From NCBI RefSeq assembly GCF_006345805.1, contig NW_021836049.1, forward strand, positions 1-25,557: DNA of 25,557 nt, read 5' to 3'. Below are positions 10,737 to 21,657 of this stretch, piece after piece. The translations under genes and the position numbers were made by a program. The DNA is from Octopus sinensis (Eukaryota). Position 1 is the first letter of the stretch; every line of letters begins with the position of its first letter. A model generated the notes under the pieces. It was not told the origin of the DNA. It saw only the letters and a program-made list of their open reading frames with translations, and ran no database searches.

Positions 10737-11143
10737 AGGCGCAGGAGTGGCTGTGTGGTAAGTAGCTTGCTTACCAACCACATGATTTCGGGTTCAGTCC
10801 CACTGCGTGGCACCTTGGGCAAGTGTCTTCTACTATAGCCTCGGGCCGACCAAAGCCTTGTGAGTGGATTTGGTAGACGGAAACTGAAAGAAGCCCGTCG
10901 CATATATGTATATATATATATATATATGTGTGCGTGTATGTCTGTGTGTCTGTGTTTGTCCCCCTAGCATTGCTTGACAACCGATGCTGGTGTGTTTATG
11001 TCCCCGTCACTTAGCGGTTCGGCAAAAGAGACCGATAGAATAAGTACTGGGCTTACAAAAGAATAAGTCCCCGGGTCGAGTTGCTCGATAAAAGGCGGTG
11101 CTCCAGCATGGCCGCAGTCAAATGGCTGAAATAAGTAAAAGAG
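10737..11143 (+). mobile_element. SINE family C
   Basis: AGGCGCAGGAGTGGCTGTGTGGTAAG head, GGTTCAGTCC B-box-like motif, CCTTGGGCAAGTG CORE-like block, internal (TA/TG)n, tail GGCGGTGCTCCAGCATGGCCGCAGTC...AAGTAAAAGAG. Confidence 0.92.
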
Positions 11144-11189
11144 TAGATGTTTAACTAGGGAACTATTTTAGAGAAATACTTATTTAACT

Positions 11190-11502
11190 GTGTAGGCGCA
11201 ATGGCCCAGTGGTTAGGGCAGCGGACTCGCGGTCGTAGAATCGCAGTTTCGATTCCCAGATCGGGCGCTGTGAGTGTTTATTGAGCGAAAACACCTAAAG
11301 CTCCACGAGACTCCGGCAGGGGTTGGTGGCGGCCCCTGCTGTACTCTTTCGCCACAACTTTCTCTCGCTCTTTCTTCTGTTGGCCTGCTCGCTTAGCCAG
11401 CGGGGTGGCGTCATTCGAAGGCTAAAAACAACGTGAAGCGCATTGTGACCAGCGATGTGTAGCAACATCTGATAGCCTGGTTGGTCACGTGATCACGTGA
11501 TC
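11190..11502 (+). mobile_element. SINE family A, tail type 4 (ends in CACGTGAT repeats)
   Basis: Family A head; tail shared with 19200-19477; TSD ACTTATTTA(A/G)CT at 11178-11189 and 11503-11514. Confidence 0.9.
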
Positions 11503-12249
11503 ACTTATTTAGCTAGACAGACACAACCAATGGTGGTATGCAATTTCGCTGGCTAAATCTATCAACTTACGTATCTCTAGTAATATATAACTGTTTTCTT
11601 TATATGTATATTATTCTAGATATAAAGGTTATGTAATTTTACTGGTTGTGTATGTTGATCAAGATATAACCATTGTTATGTAATTTTGACTAAGAAAAAT
11701 ATAAGTTGTATTATAAAGCAGCTATTGATAAAGCCATCAGTTGATTTAGAAATGAATGAAGGAGAATTACACCTTAAGCTGTGTATTTCGGCATTCTATA
11801 CGCATTTTGCTGTACAAATTGTCTCAACGTTGTCACTGACCATGATAAACAACTCACTGAGAAAAACAAAGCATTGTATCATCCCTTCAGTAAAGCTATT
11901 AATTCTATGGTGCAAATTATATCATATGGATTCTTAGTATTCAGTTGAGATGTATAATATATAGATATCATAAGTTCACTAGCAATCCTTCTGAAAACAA
12001 AACAAAGGAGATTACATAATAATCTTAACTGGGTTTTAGGTAAATATATAAGTCTATATATGTATGAAAGAGAGTATTTGACACATGTAGTGCATACTTA
12101 TACATATTGCCTCAGTTAAATCTTAACACAACCGTTACTACAAGTTTCCAACTGTTTCACATTTCGTCAAACATGTAATATTGAGAAGCTTCATCTACCA
12201 TTAACCCGCGAACACAGAAACATATATATACGTGTGTAAAAGTACGTAT

Positions 12250-12327
12250 CTACATACAAATACATGGATATATACATGTACACTTATATATATATACATA
12301 TATATATATATATACATATATATATAT

Positions 12328-12370
<43 letters not shown>

Positions 12371-12390
12371 ATATTATATATATATATATT

Positions 12391-12429
<39 letters not shown>

Positions 12430-12819
12430 GTATTTATATATATGTGTTGTGTGTGTGTGTGTGTGTGTGTGGATGCGGTTGTATAAATACGTGTGTGACT
12501 GCACTTGTGATTTTCTGTGTATTTCACATAATAGCAAAGTGCTCGGCCTTGTTTATTCAGTATTATGTATATCACGCTAATTAAACAATGATATGTTTTC
12601 TTTGGATTAAACAAAGCCACGATAAAGCATTAAATATAATACATCTGGTGTATATTCTCCTCTGTTCATACGTTTTAATTATTAACTTGTAAATAGCACT
12701 CTCTATCCACAGACATATATATATATATACATGCATATATAAATAAATATATATATATTATATATATATATATATATAATATATATATATATATATTATA
12801 TATATATATATATATATGC

Positions 12820-12870
<51 letters not shown>

Positions 12871-12892
12871 TGCATACAAATACATGTAAGAT

Positions 12893-12972
<80 letters not shown>

Positions 12973-13088
12973 ATATATATATACATACATGTGTGCTTGT
13001 TTGCATATGTGTGTGTATATTTGCCTATATGAGCATATAATTTAATATATATGCATACATATACAAATATACAAATATGTATATATAT

Positions 13089-13137
<49 letters not shown>

Positions 13138-13291
13138 CCATGTTCAAACTGTTTCAATGTTATATATTTCTTTTGACAACGTTCCAAACTTTCAGCGTAT
13201 CTGTAAACCATTTTAATGTCTTCCCGCCTATCTCCGCCCATCTCCGCCTATTTAGAGGTTTACATCTGCGATATTTTACTCTCTCACACAC

Positions 13292-13345
<54 letters not shown>

Positions 13346-14432
13346 ACACGCAGGCACACACACACACACACATTCACATACGTACTTACGCAATCGCTCG
13401 CACACACCCCCACCCCAGTATTATATCTTATATATATATATATATACGTTTACATATGTAAGTGTAACTGTACATGTGCATGGTACTATGTGTGTCTTTG
13501 TGTCTCTGTCCGTTAATGCACATTTACATATGTTTATACATGTGTATTTACATATGTCTCAGTTTGTGTGCGTTGTATTATTATATATGGCTTGGAGTGT
13601 TTACATTTTTGTGAAACATATGCGATATATTTACAGTTATTTTACTTTAAGATTCCGTATATTTGCTCTATAATTTCTATTGTCTTAATTTCTACAATTC
13701 AAAGTGTCATATCTTCTATTTGTTTTGTTTACTTCGCTCTTCTTACGTTCACTATATGCATCTCTCTCTTTCTCTCTATTTCTGTATATATCTATGTATA
13801 TATATATATATATATATAATATATATTATATATATATATATATATATACATGTATATATATATATATACATGTATATATATATATATGTGTATGTATGTA
13901 TATATGTATATATATATATATATACATGTATATATATATATATATATGTGTATGTATATATATGTGTACACGTAAAAACATATGTATATGATTACATATA
14001 TATTCACATATATATATTTACATTTATGTATGTATGTATATATATATATTTATATATATATATTGTACTTATGTATACGCACTCCTGCATAACTGCATTC
14101 GCACGCATATACACAAGCATCTACAACAGAGGCACGCACACACACATATAAGGATGTATATACCCTTATATTTACATCGATATGAGTGTCTGTATATACA
14201 TACTGTATATGTACATACATATTCACACACACGCACAAACACACGCACACACATATATATACATATACATATGCATACTTCCACACACACACACACACAC
14301 ATATATATGTGTGTGTGTGCGTCTGTGTGTGTGCGCGTCTGTCTGTGTGCGTGTGTGCGTGTGTGTGTGCGACTGTGTGTGTGTGCGTCTGTGTGTGTGC
14401 ATGTGTGTGTGCGTCTGTGTGTGTGTGTGTGT
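12250..14432. repeat. Large compound microsatellite zone: (TA)n, (CA)n, (TG)n
   Basis: Near-continuous dinucleotide arrays at ~12250-12480, 12705-13135, 13281-13395 and 13790-14432. Confidence 0.95.
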
Positions 14433-14616
14433 ATTCCTTTAGCTGCATTGCTAAAGTAGCGAATATTATTTAAAATATCCTGTATATATGTTCAACTATA
14501 GCAATTGTCTATTTCTCTAGTATGGGTGTCTAAAGATTCTGCTGAAATCGGTGATATTGAGAGTACTGTACATATTATCCATATAAAATCCAAATTTTTC
14601 TCTTTATTAACCCCCA

Positions 14617-14935
14617 AAGGGTCCTCAACCATTTTTTATCTGTGGACTCTTTTGATTACTATTTTATCTTGGTGGTTCCCGATAGCCATTCGATGTTTAA
14701 AAATTAGTTTTATAGAAACCTCTTTCGAAACTCCTGTTTTGTTTTTTACACATTAATTTGTGTTAGCGGAATTGTATTTAACGTCAAAGAAAGAAACCTA
14801 GGAGTTTTTTTGCAATAAATACGTTGAAAGCAAAATTTTGTCATGGAAACTTAAATTACTTCTGCGGATCCCTAATTGAAAATTTTGTTGCATGGAACCC
14901 CCAAAATCTTAAATGGAACCCGATTTAGAATTCAA
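14617..14935. mobile_element. Possible degenerate hAT-like MITE
   Basis: Starts GGGTCCTCAACCATTTTTT and ends GGAACCCGATTTAGAATT, resembling CAGnGGTTCTCAACC...GGTTGAGAACC termini (from memory); terminal repeats are poorly preserved. Confidence 0.35.
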
Positions 14936-15021
14936 ACCGCTGCAATCATATAGATTTCAGAAATGGTCTTTAATGCTACTCGATTACAAATAATCAGCAC
15001 CTCACTCCTGTTAGCACTTCC

Positions 15022-16310
15022 GGTAGAATTGTAGGATTAAGGTGTATTACAACAATGCTAATTTACTCTGAAAAGGGTTCCTGTACCTTAACCTTAGAAG
15101 GAAATTCGGTTGCAATACGTGATTACCTCTGCAAGGTTCGAATACTTTTATGCGTCAGCAAACTTAATCTTACCTGTTTTAATTTCCAGTATTGAACTTG
15201 TTCTATCTAAATCTAAAAATCAATATTATTTTTTATTACCGCTTCTGTTTAGCAACTCAGTTTTCAAATGTCATACTAATACAATGAGTTTATCTCCCTC
15301 TTCCTTTTTATTTAAATTTATTCACTTTTGTACAGAACTATTGAAATATCTCAAATGTATACGTTTGAAGTCTGGCAGTTCAGTTATATGAGAAATTCAT
15401 TCGATTTTCTGCGTTGCACCTTTTGAAATTCATGTTCAACTCACATCACAGTTAACGAAAACCTTTTTCTTTACATATTTCAGAACAGAGAAAGAAAAAT
15501 TACAACCAGAAACGTACCTACAATTTCAATAAAGAACTATATTCTTTTGATAAAAGCATTGCTGGTAACGGTCGGTTGGGACCCCCTTCGGTCACGACAC
15601 TGACCATGGGATTGCACCTAGAAAGTTACCCTCCTAGTCACAAGTCTGGGCAAGGTGGTTTATGGAAGACCAGCAGTCGCCCATGCATACCAACCTCCCC
15701 TCTCCACGCCATTAATGTTATCCAAGGGAAAGGCAGAGGGGCCGATACAGCTTGGCACCTGTGACGTCGCAACTCATTTCTACAGGTGTGTGAACTGGAG
15801 CAAAGTGAAATAAAGTGTCTTCCTCAAAAACACAACACGCAGTCCGGTCCAGGATTCGAGCTCACAACCTCACGATCGTAAGCTCGATGCTCTAACTACT
15901 GAGCCATGCGCCTTCAACACAATTACCACCCAGTAATTTAACTCCCACCAATAAAGGTTGACATCAAATCCTCACAACCTCACAACCTCACGATCGTAAG
16001 CTCGACGCTCTAACCACTGAGCCATGCGACTTCACATTGCTGGTAACACAATCAAATTGGAATTAGAAGCTATCTTCTACGATTTAGAATGACGAAGAAT
16101 TATTTACAAGTAAGTTGTCCAATCTCATTCAGAAAGGTGCCGAGTGCATACTGTTCATGTTGATTCGAGTTGGAGTGATAAACACGCACATTGGAGGTGT
16201 ATTAATGCACCGCGTATCGCAACCAACTTTTCTTCTAAGCTTAAGGTACAGAAACCCTTTTCAGCGTAAATTATCATTGTTGTAATACACCTTAATCCTA
16301 CAATTCCACC
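15022..16310. repeat. ~98-bp inverted repeat pair (15022-15119 / 16213-16310), possibly MITE termini
   Basis: GGTAGAATTGTAGGATTAAGGTGTATTACAACAATGCTAATTTACTCTGAAAAGGG... is the reverse complement of ...CCCTTTTCAGCGTAAATTATCATTGTTGTAATACACCTTAATCCTACAATTCCACC. Confidence 0.85.
15570..16034 (-). mobile_element. SINE family B composite (full SINE, spacer and extra partial head)
   Basis: 13-bp TSD CATTGCTGGTAAC at 15557-15569 and 16035-16047; spacer plus extra head differ from the 7343-7460 unit at only ~2 positions. Confidence 0.92.
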
Positions 16311-16405
16311 ATTGGTGGTGTATTAATATCTTACCGTTGCAATTTGTCTTAATATACATCTGCTGAGATTGGGTCGCGTTATTTTATACTTCATATATAT
16401 ATATT

Positions 16406-16960
16406 TTTATTTCATCTAGTTTCAGCTCACGAACTGTGGTCATGCTGGGGCACCGCCATTTGGTGTTGCTACATGATTTTACTTCACGAATGCTTTTTAG
16501 CAATTGACATTTGGTGCATGAGTTTGATGCAGCTGCCCTCATCTGCACCTGCTGCCGCGAAGTTGGTTCATCTAGGACACCTGACAGGAAGAGGTCCAGC
16601 TTTATTTTGAAGACACCTACATCCACCCCAGGTCTCTCAGGTTCTTCGGGAGGATACTGAACAGCTGTGGATGTCTGAAGCCCAGGCTATCACAGTATCT
16701 TGTCATACACCTTGATGGCAAATTTGGAGTCCTTGGCACTATGCAGTGGCGCCTAGTTCTAGTATTTGTGTAACTCTCGATGTCAAAGTTTGGGACAAGT
16801 CCTTCCAGGATCTTCCAGATGTATGTTATGGCATATCTTTCTCGCCTACGCTCCAAGGAATAGAGTCTTAATCTCTTGAGTTTTTTCCAATAGCTTATAT
16901 GCTGCACAGAGTCTATCTTCTTCGTGTAGCTTCGATGGATTGCCTCAAGTTCTGAGCTAT
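16406..16960 (-). mobile_element. 5'-truncated CR1/L2-group LINE (ORF2 C-terminus and 3' UTR)
   Basis: ORF 16617-17003 encodes ELEAIHRSYTKKI..YWKKLKRLRLYSLERRRERYAITYIWKILEGLVPN, the typical CR1/L2-group C-terminus; continues after a frameshift into DVGVFKIKLDLFLSGV; 3' UTR ends GAAACTAGATGAAATAAAA. Confidence 0.9.
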
Positions 16961-17279
16961 ATAAGGTATAGCTTCTTTGATTAGAAAAATCATTGACTCT
17001 CATCTCTTAGTCTGGGGTTGTCGTGTGATGCCGTCACTGATAGGTGCTCAAAGATACCAAAATATTTTGACGATATTCGGTTACATATGTTGGTTCCAAA
17101 TTATTCCACCAGTGGAGAAAACTTTCTCTATTTATCTTTTGCTTAAATCCGTCATTTATTAATCAGGTGGAAGCTTTCTTAGCGTCGTCTGAACATTACA
17201 TTCTAGTGCCAATTTCAGCTTAATCTTTAGTCTTGTAATAGTTTCTGCTGCTGTTACTTTTTTTTCATTCTTCATTTTT

Positions 17280-18370
17280 GTTTATTCTCTTCGTTTTGTA
17301 ATTCACATTTTTGGCCAAATTTTTCTATTGTGTATTCTAAATGCAGTCATGATTTTTCTTTCTTCCTGTCTAGTCTTGCTAAATCACTTATGTCTAGTAG
17401 AGAATATTAAAACTGTTATTTATTACTGGACAGTGAGTGCATTTATATTACCGTTTTTGTCCCGTTTTATTTTTGTTTGGCATTTTAGACTATTTTCAAT
17501 ATTTAATATTTTAGTAATAGTTGCTCCTACAATTTTTCCATTCGTATGTATTTGTGCCGTACTCAATCAATTTCTTTAGATCTTAAGTACTTCTGTGTCT
17601 ATATTTGATGTAATTCGCTTTTCTCAGCTCTTTAAACCACTATTTTTAATGTTACACAGAAATTGACCTCTCATCAAAGTTACGTTGGCGTAAGATTGTT
17701 AACGAAATAGGATAAACATTTTTTGTAGTTAACCAACGTAGTGTTTGTAATTGTGTTTTCCAGTTCTGTATAATCGGGTGCACCTACAATTATGTCTTCC
17801 ATGTACAAAATAGGGATCGTTTTTCTCCCACATTTGTATCCAAGAAAACCCAGTTTGATCTTTTATGCAGAATAAATGTATTAGCACGGATCAAGGAAAG
17901 AGCAACGGGCAAATGGAGAACCCAGGAATACTCTTTATAAACAGGGACAGGATTTGATTTCGTAATTCACTCTTTTGTTTATATCTTCAAAATTATTTGC
18001 CATTTATTCGATATCCTTGTTGTTTGTCTTATTTTGGTGATGCTTTTTAGTGGCTGGTGTTTCCAAAGGTGTTAACCCCGACAAGAGGTATCAGATTGTC
18101 TTTCCATTGAATGACCATATCGAGTTTCTTCTGCAGATATCGTTTAAAAGTTAGTTTACCAACGATTAATCTTTGCAACCTCATGAATTTATACAGCCGC
18201 CATTAAATTCGTTTGGAATTAATTGCGATAGTTCTTAGTAATTATACTCCATCGACTTGATTACTACTTTTAAGGCCTTATCAGATAAGTTATGGATCAA
18301 TAGTTTTCAATGTTTACTGTATCTTTAATCGTGTTCAATTAGTCATTCCCACACGTCAATGAAACTAAAT
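17280..18370 (-). mobile_element. Second ancient RLE-type LINE relic (RT domain)
   Basis: Minus-strand degenerate motifs in order: NIENY*SITYL (cf. NYRPITCL); IPNEFNGGCINS*GCKD*SLVN (cf. EQKGC..GCKDQLLIN); QKKLDMV; GYKCGRK..ILYMED at ~17794-17805 (cf. LLYMDD); INALTVPVINNSFNI; LDRK.RKIMTAFRIH. Confidence 0.8.
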
Positions 18371-18420
18371 ATGTTGTTCTTGGATAGATACCTTTTGAAG
18401 CGACTTACTGTGTGACTTTC

Positions 18421-18549
18421 GAAGATTGTCTGGCATGATGAGACCCCATTTAAATTTCATGGTCCATTTAAGAACCGCAATTGGACCTCCTGGGAAGCCG
18501 AGAATCTGTATATTACGGAGAACAGCATGCTTAATTACCAGGGTTACAG
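18421..18549 (+). repeat. Unclassified ~130-bp dispersed repeat, copy 1
   Basis: GAAGATTGT.TGGC.TGAT...CTGGGAAGCCGAGAATC...ATATTACGGA...CTTAATTA..AGGGTT.CAG shared with 20849-20980. Confidence 0.75.
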
Positions 18550-18731
18550 AATGCTGGGGCTTATCATCAAAAGGATCAATTTGACCTGTCTTTATTATTA
18601 TGCTGTGGCTGCTCCCATGTACTAATACTTACTGAGGCAATCTAACATGCTAAGCACTGAAGATTATTTTGGATGTGGGGTTATATTTCCAGCAAGAGGC
18701 ACTTCGTTTTAAATTAGTAATATAATGTCAT

Positions 18732-19143
18732 GCGCAGGAGTGGCTGTGTGGTAAATAGCTTGCTAACCAACCACATGGTTTCGGGTTCAGTCCCACTGCG
18801 CGGCATCTTGGGCAAGTGTCTTCTGCTATAGCCCCGGGCCGACCAATGACTTGTGAGTGGATTTGGCAGACAGAAACTGAAAGAAGCCTGTCGTATATAT
18901 GTATATATATAAGTGTGAGTGTATAGGTCTGTGTGTCTGTGTTTGGCCCCCTAGCATTGCTTGACAACCGATGCTGGTGTGTTTACGTCCCCGTCTCTAA
19001 GCGGTTCGGCAGAAAGTGACCGATAGAATAAGTACTGGGCTTACAAAGAATAAGTCCTGGGGTCGATTTGCTCGACTAAAGGTGGTGCTCCAGCATGGCC
19101 GCAGTCAATTGACTGAAACAAGTAAAAAGAGAAGAAAAGAAAG
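18732..19143 (+). mobile_element. SINE family C
   Basis: Colinear with 10737-11143. Confidence 0.92.
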
Positions 19144-19176
<33 letters not shown>

Positions 19177-19199
19177 ATATTATATATATATATATGTAC

Positions 19200-19477
19200 A
19201 TGTGGAGGCGCAACGGCCCAGTGGTTAGGGCAGCGGACTCGCGGTCGTAGGATCGCGGTTTCGATTCCCAGACCGGGCGTTGTGAGGCTCCGGCAGGAGG
19301 TGATGGCGATCCCTGCTGTACTCTTTCGCCACAAATTTCTCTCAATCTTCCTTCTGTTGGCATGCTCGCTTAGCCAGCGGGGTGGTGTAATTTGGAGCCT
19401 AAAAGAATGCGAAGCGCACTGTGACCAGCGATGTGTAACAGCATCTGATAGCCTGGTCGGTCACACTGATCATGGTG
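19200..19477 (+). mobile_element. SINE family A, tail type 4, with a 35-bp internal deletion
   Basis: TSD ATATATATGTAC at 19188-19199 and 19478-19489; the segment between two GAG trimers is missing compared with 20245-20280. Confidence 0.88.
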
Positions 19478-20160
19478 ATATATATGTACTTATGTATACA
19501 CATCCATGTTCATGCAGTCACATGCAGACACATACACACACACACACACACACGCGCATACAAAACACCTATATTAGCACAATGTAGATCTGGGTGTTAT
19601 GTATTACAGTAGACATGACGGCTGTAGATTGTCACCGTTTAGCATGTTAATGTAGTTAAATTAAATTGTATATCTCACTGCATGATGATAATTAATTAAA
19701 GTAAGAATAACAATAATGCATATATATCTAATGTTAGATATATTATCGTATTAGATGATTTATTATTGCCGGTCTCTAACCTTTCGTACTCCAACAGCAT
19801 TTATATGCTCCTATAATCTTTCCTTAACTCCTATGTGAATCACTTATATCTTATGTATGTTTTTCTAATTGAAATATAAGTGTGGCACGTTCATTATACC
19901 TAACACGATAATAGACAGCGAATTTGCTGAAATAATAGAATCGTGGAAATGTTGCTGTGATATTTATCAAATACTAATTTCATCGCTAGCATATCGAGAT
20001 GGTACGTTGCGACATAGAAATATCCTGAGGCTTATTCAATCAACTACAAGAAAGACCTTACGTAATATATTTTAGGAAATTGGTTGTGAAATAATTTTCG
20101 TGATCCCGAATGTAGTAAGGCAATAGCTTGCATAATAATCCACGTGATGCCTTATGTGAT

Positions 20161-20550
20161 GTGGAGACGCAATGGCCCAGTGGTTAGGGCAGCGGACTCG
20201 CGGTCGTAGGATCGCGGTTTCGATTCCCAGACCGGGCGTTGTGAGTGTTTATTGAGCGAAAACACCTAAAGCTCTACGAGGCTCCGGCAGGGGATGGTGG
20301 TGATCCCTGCTGTACTCTTTCACCACAACTTTCTCTCACTCTTACTTCCTGTTTCTGTTGTACCTGTATTTCAAAGGGCCGGCCTTGTCACTCTCTGTGT
20401 CACGCTGAATATCCCCCAGAACTACGTTAAGGGTGCACGTGTCTGTGGAGTGCTCAGCCACTTACACGTTAATTTCACGAGCAGGCTGTTCCGTTGATTC
20501 GGATCAACCGGAACCCTCATCGTCGTAACCGACGGAGTGCTTCCATGTCC
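20161..20550 (+). mobile_element. SINE family A, tail type 1, intact
   Basis: A-box TGGCCCAGTGG, B-box-like GTTTCGATTCC; perfect 14-bp TSD ATGCCTTATGTGAT at 20147-20160 and 20551-20564. Confidence 0.95.
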
Positions 20551-20659
20551 ATGCCTTATGTGATAAAATGAATGGCGAACTAACTTTCGCCATTCCCTAT
20601 TAGATATCGCATGTGATAAAGGTCTGTATAATTTATGACGTTTATAAATGTAATAACTA

Positions 20660-20832
20660 AGGCGGCGAGCCGGAGGAATCTTGTTCACAACGGACAAAAT
20701 GCTGAGCTGCATTTCTTCCGGTCTTGGCTTCCATCCGTTCGGGATCAATAAGTTATGTATAACCAGATGCTGGAATCGATGTAATCGAGTAGATCCCCTT
20801 CCAGAAAATGCCTGGCCTTGTTCCTATAGTTA
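20660..20832 (+). mobile_element. Family E copy with an internal deletion
   Basis: GGCGGCGAGCCGG..GGACAAAATGCT..GCATTTCTTCCGG ... TCGATGTAATCGA...CTGGCCTTGT. Confidence 0.65.
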
Positions 20833-20848
20833 ATGCACACTTTGTTAA

Positions 20849-20980
20849 GAAGATTGTTTGGCGTGATCAGGGCCCCCTTTTAAATTAAATGGCTCAATTA
20901 ACAGCCACTGTTGTACCTACTGGGAAGCCGAGAATCCACATATTACGGACTAATATCATTCTTAATTATTAGGGTTGCAG
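20849..20980 (+). repeat. Unclassified ~130-bp dispersed repeat, copy 2
   Basis: Homologous to 18421-18549. Confidence 0.75.
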
Positions 20981-21494
20981 GTTGCCTATAGTTAATATGT
21001 ATAAACTGTACGACAAAGTTTGTTTCTCCAGCTATATGATTGTAAAATACCCCGTAGTCCTTATACTAATATGCTACATGCTACAGCACGACTACAATGA
21101 AGTTAAAGGCGCGGATTCGTATCTGGACTTTTTTTTTTTATCCAATATCACGCTTATCAAACCGGAAGCGAAACAAGAACAAAAAACACAATGGCATACT
21201 AGGAAAAATATTTTGCTTCTATGTAACTTTTGACCTAGTTTCCTCTTGGAAACAAAATATAGGTTGAGTGTTCCCGTACCGATGTACATATAAACTTGAC
21301 AAAGCTAAACCCAGGGCCTCACAGTCCATACAGACGTTAAAAGACATTGGTATTTTCTTTTCCGTGACATTCTGGTGCAACGTTTGTAAAAACAGATCGT
21401 CTAAATACAGTTCCATATTTAAGAGATGAGGAATTATGTAGATTATTTACATTATTTACATTCGACGGATATTTGTCCTCAACTGTTTGTTGTT

Positions 21495-21542
21495 AACACA
21501 ACGTTTCGGCTGATATCCCCCCCCCAGCCTTCATCAGGTGTC
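21495..21542 (-). ncRNA. Minimal type I hammerhead-ribozyme-like motif
   Basis: Minus strand GACAC-CUGAUGA-A-GGCUG(loop)CAGCC-GAAA-CGU-U-GUGUU. Confidence 0.6.
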
Positions 21543-21589
21543 TTGGGGAAATTTCGAACCTGGGTTCTCATTCCTAAGGTATTTCTTGA

Positions 21590-21657
<68 letters not shown>

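Noticed and set aside
12202-12210. TTAACCC, piggyBac-like terminus
   Set aside because: No matching GGGTTAA end or transposase sequence found.
20161-20240. tRNA genes (also at 6017, 11190, 19200, 21669, 22440)
   Set aside because: A/B boxes are present but there is no complete acceptor stem, and the sequence continues into SINE bodies with TSDs.
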